A stretch of DNA of 64,000 nt from Octopus sinensis (GCF_006345805.1 NC_043003.1:27032001-27096000); one strand, 5' to 3'. Shown: positions 13,770 through 26,805, counted from the first letter of the stretch. The notes: generated by a model from the sequence alone, not told the origin. Made by a program: numbers and translations.

Positions 13770-14045
13770 AGCAGTGGTCCATATAAGATATGGGGGGGGG
13801 GGGGCAAGTAATAAAACAGTAAATCGTATTTTAAGGGTTCCTGAAAAAATGTATATATTGGTATGTATTAGGTTTCTCTAATATTTCATCGTCACCTGTT
13901 TATGCATGAAAAGCATTATAGGAATTTTGAAAGAAGTTTCTATAGAACTAGTTTTTAAACATCAAATGGCTATAGGGATCCACCAAAATAAAATAGTAAT
14001 CAATGGGGTCCATAGGTTAAAAATGGCTGAGAACCATTGTGCTAG
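13770..14045. mobile_element. hAT-type MITE
   Basis: Ends read cagtggtccca ... tgagaaccattg. A related copy is at 63422-63740. Confidence 0.6.
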
Positions 14046-14562
14046 ATGAAGAAATATTCTCCATTTTTGGCAAATAAAGAAATTATCATCCAGATCACTT
14101 ATACATGCTTGCATGCATCTGATGGGAATCAAGGCATATTTTCTATAATTGAATGCCCCACTTGTGTCACAAACCTTAACTTGTTTCCAAGCAAAGTGTA
14201 TCTCCCTATGGCCAGTCAAATTCAAAAAGAAAACTAAAAATTAAAGACACTGCTTGTATGACATTAAGTCATTTACAACGATTGCATGATATCAAGACAA
14301 GGAGACACACAAACACACACCCATACTTACACACACAAAAAAATTGGAAGTAACTGAAGGTCAATGCAAACATAAATAGCAAAGCAAAACATTTTGTTTA
14401 CTTCACCACATGCTCACATTGCAATGAGAATTATATCAGCCAAACAATATTAAAATAAAATAAACAGGCTGGAGAGCAAAAACAACAAAATCAAATATTT
14501 GTCTCTGAGAAATGTTTCATATAGTGAAAACCTAGACCATTTGTGCAAAAAAAATTCAAGAT

Positions 14563-15435
14563 AGGAGTGGCTTTGTGGTAAGTAGATGGTTTACCAACCA
14601 CATGGTTCCAGGTTCAGTACCACTGTGTGGAACCATGGGCAAGTGTCTTCTACTATAGCTTCAAGCTGACCAAAGCCTCGAGTGGATTTGGTAGACAGAC
14701 ACTGAAAGAAGCCCGTCGTATCAAACCAAATTCGACAACTGGCACCCATGCCAAACTTTCCTTCATTGGACACTAAACTGCTTGCGAAGACCTGTTGGGG
14801 CAAGTGAAATCAAAATTGAACCAAATTCGATGACTGGCACTCATGCCAGTGGAGCACTATCAGCTCCATCCGAGCGGGAGCACTGCCAGAGCAGCTGTCT
14901 GGCTTCTGTGCCGGTGGTACGTAAAAAGTACCATTTGAGTGTGATCATTACCAGTGTCGCCTTACTGGCACGTGAACAAAACATTCGAGTGAGGTTGTTG
15001 CCAGTGCCACTGGACTGACTCTTGTGCAGGTGGCATGTAAAAAACACCATTTGAGCATGGCCATTGCCAGTACCGCCAGACTGGCCCTCATGTTGGTGGC
15101 ACGTAAAAGCACCCACTACACTCTTGGAGTGGTTGGCATTAGGAAGGGCATCCAGTTGTAGAAACTCTGCCAGATCAGATTGGAGCCTGGTGCAGCCATC
15201 TGGTTCGCCAGTCCTCAGTCAAATCGTCCAACCCATGCTAGCATGGGAAGCAGACGTTAAATGATGATGATGTATGTATGTATGTGTGTGTATATGTTTG
15301 TGTGTCAGTGTTTGTCCCCCCAACATCACTTGACAACCAATGTTGGTGTGTTTACGTTCCCGTAACTTAGTGGTTCAGCAAAAGAGGCCGATAGAATAAA
15401 TACTAGGCTTACAAAGAATAAGTCCTGGGGTCGAT
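14563..15435 (+). mobile_element. SINE family A interrupted at its central microsatellite by an RTE 3' UTR fragment (14720-15270)
   Basis: The SINE 5' half ends aagcccgtcgta, the insert ends (GAT)n, and the SINE 3' half resumes at about 15290. Confidence 0.8.
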
Positions 15436-16146
15436 TAAAGTTGGCACAGTTATGCAAATATGTGGTGGGGAAAGTAGCCTAATTAATGTTAGCAAAAGGT
15501 TGCAAATATACAGGAGAGAGGTGATAGGGAAAGTTCAATTGATGTTGAAGCCACAGGGACACAGAGCCATAGATATGTGCATGGAGTAAAGAGGAGGTAA
15601 TCTAACAAATCAGCTCTACATATATTACCGGTACTTTATTCACGCACACAACAAAGGTAAAATTGTCCCTGGGAAAGATTTGAACTCAGAACATAAACAG
15701 ATAAAAATACAAGGTATTTACAAACTACCATTGTTGTTTATAACTCAAGGTCAATCATAAGAACTATGATCAAAGTCTTTCTCACCATGACTATTCTACG
15801 TCTTTTTCCCAGTTGTTACAACTCTAGGGGACTGCATTATCCAAACGTCCTTCCCTTTTCAAGAGAATAGAATGTAATATAAAGGGAAACTGGCTGTTGG
15901 GTATGGCCAGTTGGACAACCACATAGAGGTTGCCTTCCTGACTCACATTAAGAGTCGAGAGCAGATGGTTATTAAAGGCCAACTGACAATTGTATGTGTG
16001 AGAGACAATTACTGGTACAGACAATGGATGATGTGTGATGGATAGAGTTATTTAGCCGCAAATCAGCTTTGATAAAGTGGACATGTAACCAAAAATATTC
16101 CCAGCATGACTTGCTATCCATTTTTTTCCCCCAACAGGATATCACT

Positions 16147-16498
16147 CTTTACTCTTTTGTTTCAGTCATTTGACTGCGGCCACGCTGGAGCACCGCTTTT
16201 TAGTTGAGCAAATCGACCCCAAGACTTATTCTTTGTAAACCTAGTACTTATTCTAGCAGTCTCTTTTGCCGAACTGCATCGGTTATCAAGCGATGTTGGG
16301 GGGGGGGGGGGACAAAAACACACACACATATATACGATGGGCTTCTTTCAGTTTCAGTCTACCAAATCCACTCACAAGGCTTTGGTCGGCCCAAGGCTAT
16401 AGTAGAAGACACTTGCCCAAGGTGCCATGCAGTGGACTGAACCTGGAACCATATGGTTGGTAAGCAAGCTACTTACCACAGAGCCACTCCTGTGCCTA
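16147..16498 (-). mobile_element. SINE family A, full copy, minus strand
   Basis: Reverse complement of the family A head and tail. Confidence 0.85.
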
Positions 16499-17276
16499 TC
16501 ACATTAAAAGTTTTTTTTTATTATTTTAAACAGCAGCAAAATCCCTGAAATTGTACCTTACTAACATAAAAGGACACATGAGGTAATAGTCCTGCATAGA
16601 CCTCAGATGACAGGATGATCACAGTTTGAATGCTTTGATCATAGACTTCCTCACTGAAGTTGATCTGTAGCAAGATGACAACTATTACCTAGGAAGGATG
16701 AAACAAACAGCATTGTCTTGTTTTGTTTTCTGTCTTTTTTTTATTTATTTATTATTTTTTTTTTTGTCTTGTGCCTTCAAAAACAGGTGGGAATGTCATA
16801 GTTGAAATTTATTTAATCACCTAAGAGCTATCGTATTCAAGAACAATAACCCTGGTATTCGAAAACAGAGTTACCTCCCTTCCCTTAGTCAACTGTCAAA
16901 TTGTTTTTTGATTCCGCTTTTGTTGAGGTGAGCAGACGACACAAACTCTGCAATAAGATGCCAGTTAGTCTATCGCTCCTGTAAATACATTTGTAGGTGA
17001 ACTGAGGCACGTACGCGCACACACTTATTTACAATGTTATTTGGGCCCTTCTAAGATTTGTTTAAACATCCATTATGCTAGAAGTCAATAGTTTTATAGT
17101 AATTGGACTGTCGCCATGCTGAGTCACTGCCTTGAAAGGTTTTGTCAAACAAACCGACCACAATAATTTTGCCCTTTTGTTTTAAAGAAATTTCTGAATT
17201 TGGGGGAATCTAAACAAACCAACAACAGTCGCCAAGCAAAGCAGGGGAGAAACACAAGAGACACACATATATACAT

Positions 17277-17670
17277 GGTGTGACTGTGTTAAGATTCTTG
17301 CTTCCCTACCACATGGTTCTGGGTTCTGTACCACTATATGGCACCTAGGGTAAGTGACCTCTACTATAGCCTTGGGCCAACCAAAGCCTTGTAAGTGGAT
17401 TTGGTTGACAGAAACTGCAAGAAACCTATCATATAACTGTATATACCTATGTGCATGAGTTTTCCCCCCAACAACGCTTGACGACTGGTGTTGGTTTGTT
17501 TGTGTTCCTGTAACTTAGAGGTTCGGCCAAAGAGACCTATAGAATAAGTACCAGTCTTTACAAAACAAATAAGCACTGAATTTGACTGGTTGCACTAAAC
17601 ATTTCAAAGTGGTGCGCCAGCATGGCTACAGTCTAATGACTGAACCAAGAACAAAAATGAAAAGATATAT
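17277..17670 (+). mobile_element. SINE family A, diverged full copy
   Basis: Similar to the other family A copies. Confidence 0.75.
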
Positions 17671-17683
17671 ATATATATATACA

Positions 17684-18036
17684 TACAAGAGGGATGACCA
17701 CTAAGTGGACATCCATTATGCTAGAAGTCGACCTCCTATGGTCTTAACACTAAGAAAGGAATATTCTCAAGAAAATTTAGCAAATGCCAGAACTTAAGCT
17801 AGCAAGACAAATGAAAAGATACAAACTATACAAGTTAATCACAAAGTGATTACGTAAGTGGTAACAACGAAACTTGTTTGTGATTAATCTGTACATTTTA
17901 TATCTTTTCATTTGTCTTGCTCGCTTACGTTCTGGTGTTTGCTAAACATTCTTGTGAACATTCCTTTCTTAGTGGTAAGACCATAGGGGATTGACTTCTA
18001 GCATAATGGATGTCCATTTAGTGGTCATCTTTCCTA
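17684..18036. mobile_element. Almost fully palindromic MITE (about 170 bp arms)
   Basis: gatgaccactaagtggacatccattatgctagaagtc pairs with gacttctagcataatggatgtccatttagtggtcatc, pairing continues to the centre, and the flanks are TA-rich. Confidence 0.8.
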
Positions 18037-18197
18037 TATATATGTAATATAATTTTTTTCTGATTCCTCAGATTTTTCTATATGCTAGACCACTGGTTTT
18101 AAATCGATATTAATCAAATTAATATTCAATTTTTCACCCTTATTTTAAATTTATATATATATATATATATATATACAATATTAATTAACAGGTGATG

Positions 18198-18441
18198 AAT
18201 TCAGTATTAAACCTTTATATCTTTCAACCCATCAATCTGGGTCTCATCAGGTACATCGATAAAGATATGTCTCACTACAGATTTTTAGTGCCGGATGGCT
18301 AGTTATATGCCAATCAATTTTGAGAATTAATAAAAATTATATTACAGAAACACAAAAATTGACATATGAAAAGTCTTTGATGTGCCTGATGAGACCCAGA
18401 CTGACAGGTCAAAACATATGTTATGTCCAATAAAGGTTTAA
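18198..18441. mobile_element. Inverted pair of Penelope-like termini with degenerate hammerhead cores
   Basis: The arms pair as aattcagtattaaacctttat / ataaaggtttaatacagaatt and ctgggtctcatcagg / cctgatgagacccag. A CTGATGA-GACC..GGTY-RAAA core is present in both arms. Confidence 0.5.
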
Positions 18442-18509
18442 TACAGAATTGTAATATGCTGTATATAACTGTAAAATAAAAATAGTGAATGCAAAGTCTC
18501 AATATTTAT

Positions 18510-18860
18510 TATTATCATTATTCCAGTTCTATATTTAAGAGATGAGGAATTATGTACATTATTTACATTCGACGAATATTTGTCCTCATCTTGTTTGTTG
18601 TTAACACAACGTTTCGTCTGATATACCCTCCAGCCTTCTTCAGGTGTCTTGGAGAAATTTCGAACCTGGGTTCTCATTCCTAAGGTATTCTTCGATGTTA
18701 TTATTAATTATTATTATTATTATTGTTCAGGTCACTGCTTGGAATCAAACTCGGAATCTTGGGGTTAGTAGCCCACATTCTTAACCACTCCGCCATATGC
18801 CCATGGGCATATGTTAACAAACAAGATGAGGACAAATATCCATCAAATGTAAATAATGTA
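18510..18860 (-). mobile_element. tRNA-headed non-autonomous element with hammerhead body and inverted partial terminal copy
   Basis: On the minus strand: A-box TGGCGGAGTGG (18785-18795), B-box-like GAGTTTGATTCC (18741-18752), an (AAT)n linker, the HHR, then the tail. 18814-18860 is an inverted copy of the tail at about 18555-18600, joined through the palindrome catatgcccatgggcatatg. Confidence 0.65.
18603..18648 (-). ncRNA. Minimal type I hammerhead ribozyme motif, Penelope-type, sense to the UCH-L pre-mRNA (intron 3)
   Basis: The minus strand reads GACAC CTGAAGA A GGCTG GAGGGTATAT CAGAC GAAA CG T T GTGTT. Stem I is GACAC/GTGTT, stem II has one mismatch plus an extra A, stem III is the palindrome AACGTT, and the triplet is GUU. 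Confidence 0.65.
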
Positions 18861-19064
18861 ATATCATTATTATTATACACTCTAAGGAACCTTTACAGTC
18901 CTGAGTAAGACACACAGAAGTACCCAACGGGAGAATTTACCGGTGGTTAACAATTCATTGTAAGCACCAGCACTGGATACTGACCATGGTGATTAGCTAG
19001 AATCTGGAACCAAACAGAGAACTAACAGGGTATCTGCCTGGATGATATATCCTTACAAGTTCAC

Positions 19065-19435
19065 TGCAGGTGTGGCTGTGTGGTAAGAATCTTGCTTCCT
19101 AACCACATGGTTCCGGGTTCAGTCTCACTGTGTGGCACCTTGGGCAAGTGACCCCTACTGTAGCTTCAAGTCAGCCAAAGCCTTGTAAGTGGATTTGATA
19201 GATGGAAACTGAAAGAAGTCCATTGTATATATATATATTTGTGATTGTATCTGTCGCCACCACCATCGCTTAACAACCGATGTTGGTGTGTTTATGTCCC
19301 TGTAACTTAGCGGTTTGGCAAAAGAGACAGCTAGAATATGTACTAGACTTACAAAGAATAAGTCCTGGGGTCGATTTGTTTGACTAAAATCCCTTAAGAT
19401 GGTGCTCCAGCATGGCCACAGTCAAATGACAAACA
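19065..19435 (+). mobile_element. SINE family A, full copy
   Basis: Head, microsatellite and tail are present. Confidence 0.85.
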
Positions 19436-19779
19436 TATATATATATATATATACGACATGCTTCCACATAGTTTCGACTAACTGGCACTGTTTGTTACAA
19501 TGAGTATCCAATCGAAGAAACAGCTTATTCATGAAATTAATGTGCAAGTGGCTGAGCACTCCACAGAGATGCATACCCTTAACATAGTTCCCATGAATTC
19601 AGTGTGACATAGACAGTGACAAGGTTGGCCCTTTGAAATACAGGTAAAACTCATTTTTGTCAACTGAGTGGACTGAAGCAATGTGAAATAAAGAGTCTTG
19701 CTCAAGGACACATCACACTGCCAGGAATCGAACCTACAGCCTTACAATTCTGAGCCGAATACCCTAATCACTAAGTTGT

Positions 19780-19935
19780 CTGCTTTCACACAGTTTCTAC
19801 TAAATTCACTCACAAGGCATTGGTCAGCCTGGGGATTTAGTAGAAGACAGTTGACCAAGGTGCTGCACAGTGGGACTGAAACTGAAACCACATGGTTGCA
19901 AAACAGAGTTTGGAACCACACAGCTAGGCCTGTGC
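19780..19935 (-). mobile_element. SINE family A 5' half, minus strand
   Basis: Reverse complement of the family A head. Confidence 0.7.
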
Positions 19936-20257
19936 TTGATCAATAAAAAAAAAACTTTTAATTATCCATCACAGATGCAGATATAACTGTGTGGTTAAGA
20001 TGCTCACTTCATAACTATGTGGTTGTAGGTTCAATCCCACAGCACAGTATGAAGCTATATGGTGTAAGAGCATTACATGAAAAACAGTCAAGGTTTAGCA
20101 GGAAGAGTGTCTGGCTGTAAAACAATGTCTGAACAACATATATATCTAACCCATGCTGGCATGGTTAAATAGATGTAAAAACAAATGAAAGCATTCCAAA
20201 GCATAACTGGTGATTAATAAGACTGGGTTAGAACAGATTAAGGTTATTGAACATTAC

Positions 20258-20383
20258 CTTTTGAGTGAGAGGGTAAAGTAACATCACAGCTAAAGGCTTT
20301 TTAATAGTATCCAACAGTTCCTTATCCAAATCGTAGACATCAAGGAATTTGTAACTGGAAGGGACACCAACATTCCAGCTAAA
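20258..20383 (-). CDS. UCHL3: UCH-L coding exon 3 (FSWNVGVPSSYKFLDVYDLDKELLDTIKKPLAVMLLYPLTQK)
   Basis: 126-nt open frame bounded by atttcag and gtaatg. It matches the UCH-L pattern F.DVY.LD.ELL....P..AV.LL.P.T.K. Confidence 0.95.
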
Positions 20384-21142
20384 CTGAAATAAAACAAATT
20401 TGGTAAAAAAATATTAATTTATAAAAAAAAAAGACAAACATTGTTAAATTATAGCAAACAATGAGACTAAGGTAGGGGTTATGGTAGGGGTCCACCAAAA
20501 TGTCCAGTCTTTGTTGCAGTGTGCTGGCTTGTGAGTCTCAATAACCCTGGGAGATAGGCCAGCAGAGTGCAAGCTCCTAGTAGGGCCTTCCATACAGGAC
20601 AGGTCAAAAAATAGAGACTGAAATAAAATGAACCACCTTTTCCAGAATTGAGAAAAAAGGGTTCGTATAGGACCAATACTCTTACCTAAAAGAGATAAAA
20701 AAGCAAGCAAAGTTACACAACCACCAATGATAGCATGGAAAACGGATGTTAAACGATGATGATGATGATGATGAGGATAATATGCTGGTGTATCTCAGAC
20801 AACATAGTTGTGGTTCTAGTATGATTCATGTGATCCCTTAAAATCTAACCCTTTCACACTGTCCCAGCTTTTCATTTTTTCATAAAGCATGATCTTCAAA
20901 TGTTGGGCCTCATGGAGACAATGGCAAGTGACCAAGATCTTTGGCAATATGTTGTACATGAGAAGACTCGTCGAGCCAAATGAAATCATAGTTGTGGCTG
21001 ATTCTGGTGTCACATAACTGGCATATAAAAGCACCTGTTTAACCTCCTGAGGTCATAGCTAATCCAAGTCATTCCAGTGTGACAATCCCATCTTTATATC
21101 CACACATGTACATAAGGAAACATTAATCTTTGTATCTTTGCT

Positions 21143-21371
21143 TTAACCCTTTAGTGTTTAAACCGGCCAAATCCGGCCCAATATATTCTATATGTTTTAT
21201 ATTCAAACTGGCGATATCTAGCCTCTCACTCCTAACCTACAATGCCATTCTGAAAATAAACAATCACATCATTGAAACCTCAAAGCTATAAGATAATGCA
21301 GGATTAATTCAAAACAATTTGAGTGAAAAAGTATTACATTTAACAGAGTATTCTGAACACTAAAGGGTTAA
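21143..21371 (+). mobile_element. piggyBac-type MITE
   Basis: TTAA-CCCTTTAGTGTT ... AACACTAAAGGG-TTAA. Confidence 0.85.
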
Positions 21372-21696
21372 AGATGGCAGGGCATGATTTGAGGTGATTT
21401 GGCAGTAATTTTTCAAACAAGTCAAATAACCACATAGACTCCCTCAATGACGCCAAATTTCACCTGGATGTTGAAAATGTAACATCACACTATGTATTCA
21501 AAAGAAAACCCTATTTCTTGCAGAGGTACTGTATAATGTTAGGACTACAAATACAAAGTGACTTTGTATTAAATAAAATGACTTCACAAAGAATGTATAA
21601 TTTAACTAATTATAGGAGTTGACAGCCTTCTAAAGTTTGTTACTTATAAAACAGTGATGATGTAAGAAATAAAAAAAAAAAAACATCAACTGATCA

Positions 21697-21849
21697 GGCA
21701 TGGCTGTGTGGTAAGAAGTTTGATTCTCAATCACATGGTTTCAAGTTCAGTCCCGCTGCATGACACTTTGTACGAGTGTCTTCTACTAGAGCCAACCAAA
21801 ATCTTGTGAGTGAATTTGGTAGACAGAAACTAGAAGCCTGCCATATGTA

Positions 21850-21893
<44 letters not shown>

Positions 21894-22040
21894 TCCCATC
21901 ACCGCTTGGGAACAGATGATGACTGCCAGACTTTAAAAATAAGTACTGGGGTTGATTCACTCAACTAAACCCTTCAAGGTGGTGCCCCAGCATGACCGCA
22001 GTTCAATGATTGAAACAAATTAAAGGCAAGGTAAAAGATG
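21697..22040 (+). mobile_element. SINE family A
   Basis: Head, (TG)n and a partially deleted tail. Confidence 0.8.
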
Positions 22041-23214
22041 TCCACTGTACCCTTCATTACACAACTATGAGATCATTAATTGATTGTATGATAGATTTAT
22101 GGTGAAAGAATCTTTACAAGACTAATCACAAAAATAGAAACTGGATGAGGTTGTTTACTCCCGAGTCAACACCTAAGCTAACAGATGTACAATCAAAAGA
22201 TGCTCCATGTCGCCACCGTTTTTTTTTTTTGTTTTTTGTTTTTTTTCTTCCAGGTAATGTTATAAAACATTATCTAGTGTAGTCCTTGAAAAGAAATTCG
22301 ACTGCTGCTTCAAGCACGTCGAGTGACTACATAGAGCAGTAGTTCTCAAAACAATCAGCCGTGGATTTTTAAAATGTAATAGAGAAAATCCATATCGATA
22401 CCATGTTTTGAAAACGTATTCCTATATTTTTTTTTAACTCCCCCAAAATTAATAAAATTAAACAAATAATTTTCTACAGGCTGGTAAATTTCTCACTTTA
22501 AATCATGGTTTCTAATTTTATGCGGAATGTGACAGTTATTACTTCCAGTGCTTCGAAGTCAAAGGAATAACTACTGGCATAAGATGTTCACAGAACCTCA
22601 TGCAATAAATAAAAGTGAAACCGAAAATTTATTAGTAAATATTGAGTAGCTTCCCTTTACAAAGCAGGCGTGCAAGGGAGATAAGCAAGTTTCAGTGAAT
22701 TCTTAAGTGAATTTATTTTTTATGAGAAAATACAAAAGAAAAATCAGATATTTTTAATAAACAGTCTTCTTCGAAAACAAAAAGAAAACAACATTGGCTA
22801 TATATAAACTGCTTGACTGCTTCACGATCTCAAAAAACTAGCGAGAGACTTAGTTTTGTTAAATCTGTTGAGAAAGAGTTATAGTTTGTAAAGCTATTTA
22901 GAACACTTTGCTATACAGGATATTGTCGAAGTCTTGTTTTTGTGAAGTAGTAACTGAATTGCTAATTGATAGCATATAAATCAATATAGAATGTCGACGG
23001 CCTGTCTTGAACATTAGAACAGACTTTCTAGTTTCATAAATTGTAAGTAGCTAAATATAGGGAAACTGTCTGCAAGATGATATCAGCAATTGAATAAGCA
23101 ATCTAAAACGAAGGTCCTGTAACTCGTTCCTGGACCCATTATAAGTTCACAATTTTGTGAATGGGGAAACAACAAATAGAGGAACGCTGCTGGTTTATAA
23201 TAATAATAATAATA

Positions 23215-23500
23215 ATAATTGTGTACAGTGCTCAGGTGCACTACAACTCATCTAAAGTGTATATATAATCAGGTGTAGTTTCGGCAGATTTCGGAAAGCA
23301 TGAGGGCCTTAAAGGATGCAGTGTCATGGCAGTCGTCGTAATGAGAGACAGACAGATTGTTGGGGCAAACAGCTACGCAGACATGAGTAATGATGTGGTT
23401 GAGACAGGCAGAGCTTAAACAGACGGTTAGGGAAGACAAGTGACGAGAGTGTGTGCCAGTTACTGATGAAAAGAACTGCAAGTTTTGTATTGCTTTCATT
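23215..23500 (-). mobile_element. Probable CR1/L2-type LINE 3' end with (ATT)n tail
   Basis: The element ends in an (AAT)n array on the plus strand. The clade assignment is by recollection of sequence style only. Confidence 0.4.
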
Positions 23501-23924
23501 CATTCATTCATAATGAAACAAAATTGAGACAAGAGAGCCTAATAGAATATAACTGCCAGAGATGTGGTTATAGCTTTCTACAGAAAAAGACATTACAGTA
23601 AAAATTTGAAATGTTAACACTTGGCTTGCAAAATTTACAACTAATTTCAATAGGTAGGAAGTTAGAGATACTTAGAGGAACAGAAGTAATCTAAATGTTG
23701 TGATATTTATTCATGCTTTCCCAAAAGAATTAGGGATGTCTGTAAAACAGGGAAATTTTAAGAGATTCTTGGTACACAGAGGAGGATCCTTAAAAAGGTA
23801 GCGGATAGTTTCATTTACCTAGGAGACCTAATAAGCAGTGGGGTGGGAGTGTAAAAGTATAGTTGCAAGAATTAGAACTGATTGGAGAAAGTTCAGAGAA
23901 TCGTTACCTCTCTGAGTGAAAGGC

Positions 23925-24350
23925 AAATTGTATTATGCCCTTGTACACAGAAATGCTACGTGGTGGTGGAACTTGAGCTGTGAATGCAAAAGATATGCAA
24001 AGATGAGAAGTACATGAAGTAAGCAAGCATGCTCTGCTGGATGTGTAACATCAATGTGCATGTATGATGAAGTACAAAGGTGTGAGAAAAACTGGGCATA
24101 AAGAGTATCTGATACGGTGTGCAAGAGAGAAGACTGCACTGGTATTGTCATGTGCTACAGATGGATGAGAGCAGCTGTTTAAATAAGTGCAGATTGCTAA
24201 ATGTAAAATGTAGAAGGAACCTGAGGAACGAGCCCCAGGAAGACATGGGATGAAGTGGTGCAGACTGGTTTCAAGATGTTGAACATCTCGGAAGAGATAA
24301 CAGGAGATTAAAATGAATGGCAATGTGCTGGGCTTCAGAAGACCTATCCA
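23925..24350 (+). pseudogene. Degraded RTE LINE 3' coding fragment
   Basis: Homologous to 32643-33040 (agcatg...tggatgtgtaacatcaatgt). Confidence 0.7.
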
Positions 24351-25370
24351 TCTTGGGAAAGCATGAGGGCCCCATTGTGTCCCCCCACAACTCATCTTCT
24401 CACACCAATTCCTCCACTATTTTGCAGTACTACTCACTCAGGTGCTGTAAATGATACCATTTAGCCCCTTACACTTCATATTGTATCCCTACTACTGTCC
24501 CTCATCACCTCACACCTTGACCCACTCCTCTTTTTCTTCCTTCATTTTACTTCCCTCAAACTAATACTGTGTTCAACTCTACCCACATCTCAAATCAATC
24601 AGTCACACTATTTTCTCTCCAGTGCACATACCTACTTACCCATCTTTTCTGTTCCTCTATCCTATTTCTCTCATTTTCACCTGGTACCTTAACCTCACAT
24701 TTCTCTCTCTCTCTCTCTCTCTCTCTGCAGATAAGGAAGCCATGTATTCACCTCTTCAGCAAGACACTTGATCTTTTCCCTCTATCACAATTTCATATAT
24801 CTCAATACTATACCTAACTCAGCCATGAGGTCTTGTCTTGCAGGTACTTGATCTCACTAGTGCTGGTGCCAAAAAGAAAGAAAGAAAGAAGTACCCAGTA
24901 CACTGTAAAGGCGTTGGTATTAGGAAGGGCATACAGTGGAACTTAGAACAGCATTCTGGGATGTCAGGTAATATTCAACTGTCCAACCTATGCCAGCACA
25001 GAAATAAGGATGTTAAATGAGGATGATACAAAAAGTTGTTAAGAATTTTTGTCGAAGAGTGTTTCAATTGCTCAATGAACTATCATGATCGTTGAATTCG
25101 GATTAACTAGTTGAATATTTCACAGACATGTAAAATTCTCAGACAGAATCAGTGAAATGTGTGACAATGATGGACTTTTAAATTTCAAGTAATGAAATTC
25201 ATTTGATGAGCTTCAATAGTTTCCATCAACCAATTTTACTCACAAGGAATAGGTCAACTTGAGGATTTAGAAAATGACACTAAGATACCATACGGTGGAA
25301 TCAAAACCTGAATTTCATGATTGCAAAGCAAACTTCTTAACCATTATGCCATATGAAACATTTCTACATA

Positions 25371-26406
25371 TATTGGGTTAGTAAGGAAGTAATTTTGGTT
25401 TTCAGTGTGAAATAAGAGTCATTTTCTTTCATACAAAGAATGAACTTTAATAATCAATTACATATTGTCCATTTTGTTCAATGACCTTTTGCTATCTTTC
25501 TGGCAACTCACAGAACTTCTGGTCCTTAGCCAAAAACAGAAGCAAATGCGATTTCAGGTTATCATCATTATTGAAAGTTTTACTATTCAAAGAATTTTGC
25601 AAACTTTGAAATAAATGGTAACCTGATGGTACAAGGTCAGGGCTATATGCTGGATGCGATATCACTTCCTAACCAAGCTCCAATGATTTTTTACAGGTTA
25701 GTGAAGATGTGTGTGGTCTAGCGTTGTCATGGTGGAACAATTCCTTTATGATTTGCCAATTCTGGCTATTTTTCTGGTCCATTACACTTGGACCATTATC
25801 ATTTTCAACAGAAGTCATTGTAGACAATCCGTTTTTCCTCACCAGTGATGATTCATTGGGTTAAGTGAATCTCTTTCAATTTATGTGGAGCCCAAATATT
25901 GAGCTTCTTAATGAGTCCAAGACATTTTAAGTGACTTTCAAGTGTTGTGTTATACATTTAACCTCTCTGCAATCTCTCGCACAGTTATATGATAATCAGA
26001 TTCAATTATGACTGATTCAGTCATCATCAACTTTAGTAGGTCGACCAGGACCTCGAGTGAAAAATCTCTAGGATGGAATTTTTTAAACCATTTCTAACGT
26101 GTGTTCTGCTAAGCAATCAACACCATAAACTTCACATGTCTTTCAGTGAGCCTCAGCAGCTTTCTTACCATTATGGAAACAAAAGAGCAAAATAAAGCAA
26201 AAAAAGTTTGTTTTTGCACTCCATGTTAAAATTGATACTGAACTAACAGTTGTAAACAAAATTACACACAATTTGCTTCTAAAGCAAGCTAAAAGTAATG
26301 GCTATCAAATGTCAAAAGGGAAAAAACCATAACATTGATAAAAGTCAGTCAAAAAAAAATCCCAACTATCTGCGAAAAACAAATTTACTTTCTTGCCAAC
26401 CCAATA
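25371..26406 (-). mobile_element. Degraded mariner element (about 1035 bp)
   Basis: TIRs tattgggttagtaaggaagtaa / ttactttcttgccaacccaata. The minus strand encodes ELG.EVISHPAYSPDLVPSGYHLF. Confidence 0.8.
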
Positions 26407-26567
26407 AAAAAGATATAATAAAGAAAAATTGTGGTTCTGTTTGTACCAAATCTGACTAAAAGAGCCATCTTAGTTGAAATCACTATTATCTGTCTTTTAT
26501 ATTATTTTATCGCTTCTGTCCCTTAGCATTTCTTTTTTTTTTTGTAGTCTGCTAGAAGGTACTTGGT

Positions 26568-26805
26568 GAAGGCACGTGGCTTAGTAGTTAGGGTGTTGGA
26601 CTCATGATCATAAGATTGTGGTTTCGATTCCTGGACCAGGCGATGAGTACCACTAGTGGTGGCATGTCACTTAGTGGTTAGGGTGTTGGATTCATGACTG
26701 TAAGATTGTGGTTTCGATCCCTGGACCAGGCAATCCATTGCGTCCTTGAGCAAAACAATTTCACATTGCTCCAGTCCATTCAGCTGTAGAAATGAGTTCA
26801 GCCTG
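26568..26805 (+). mobile_element. SINE with tandemly duplicated tRNA-like head
   Basis: Two copies of ttagtrgttagggtgttgga...gtttcgatycctggaccaggc. Confidence 0.65.
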
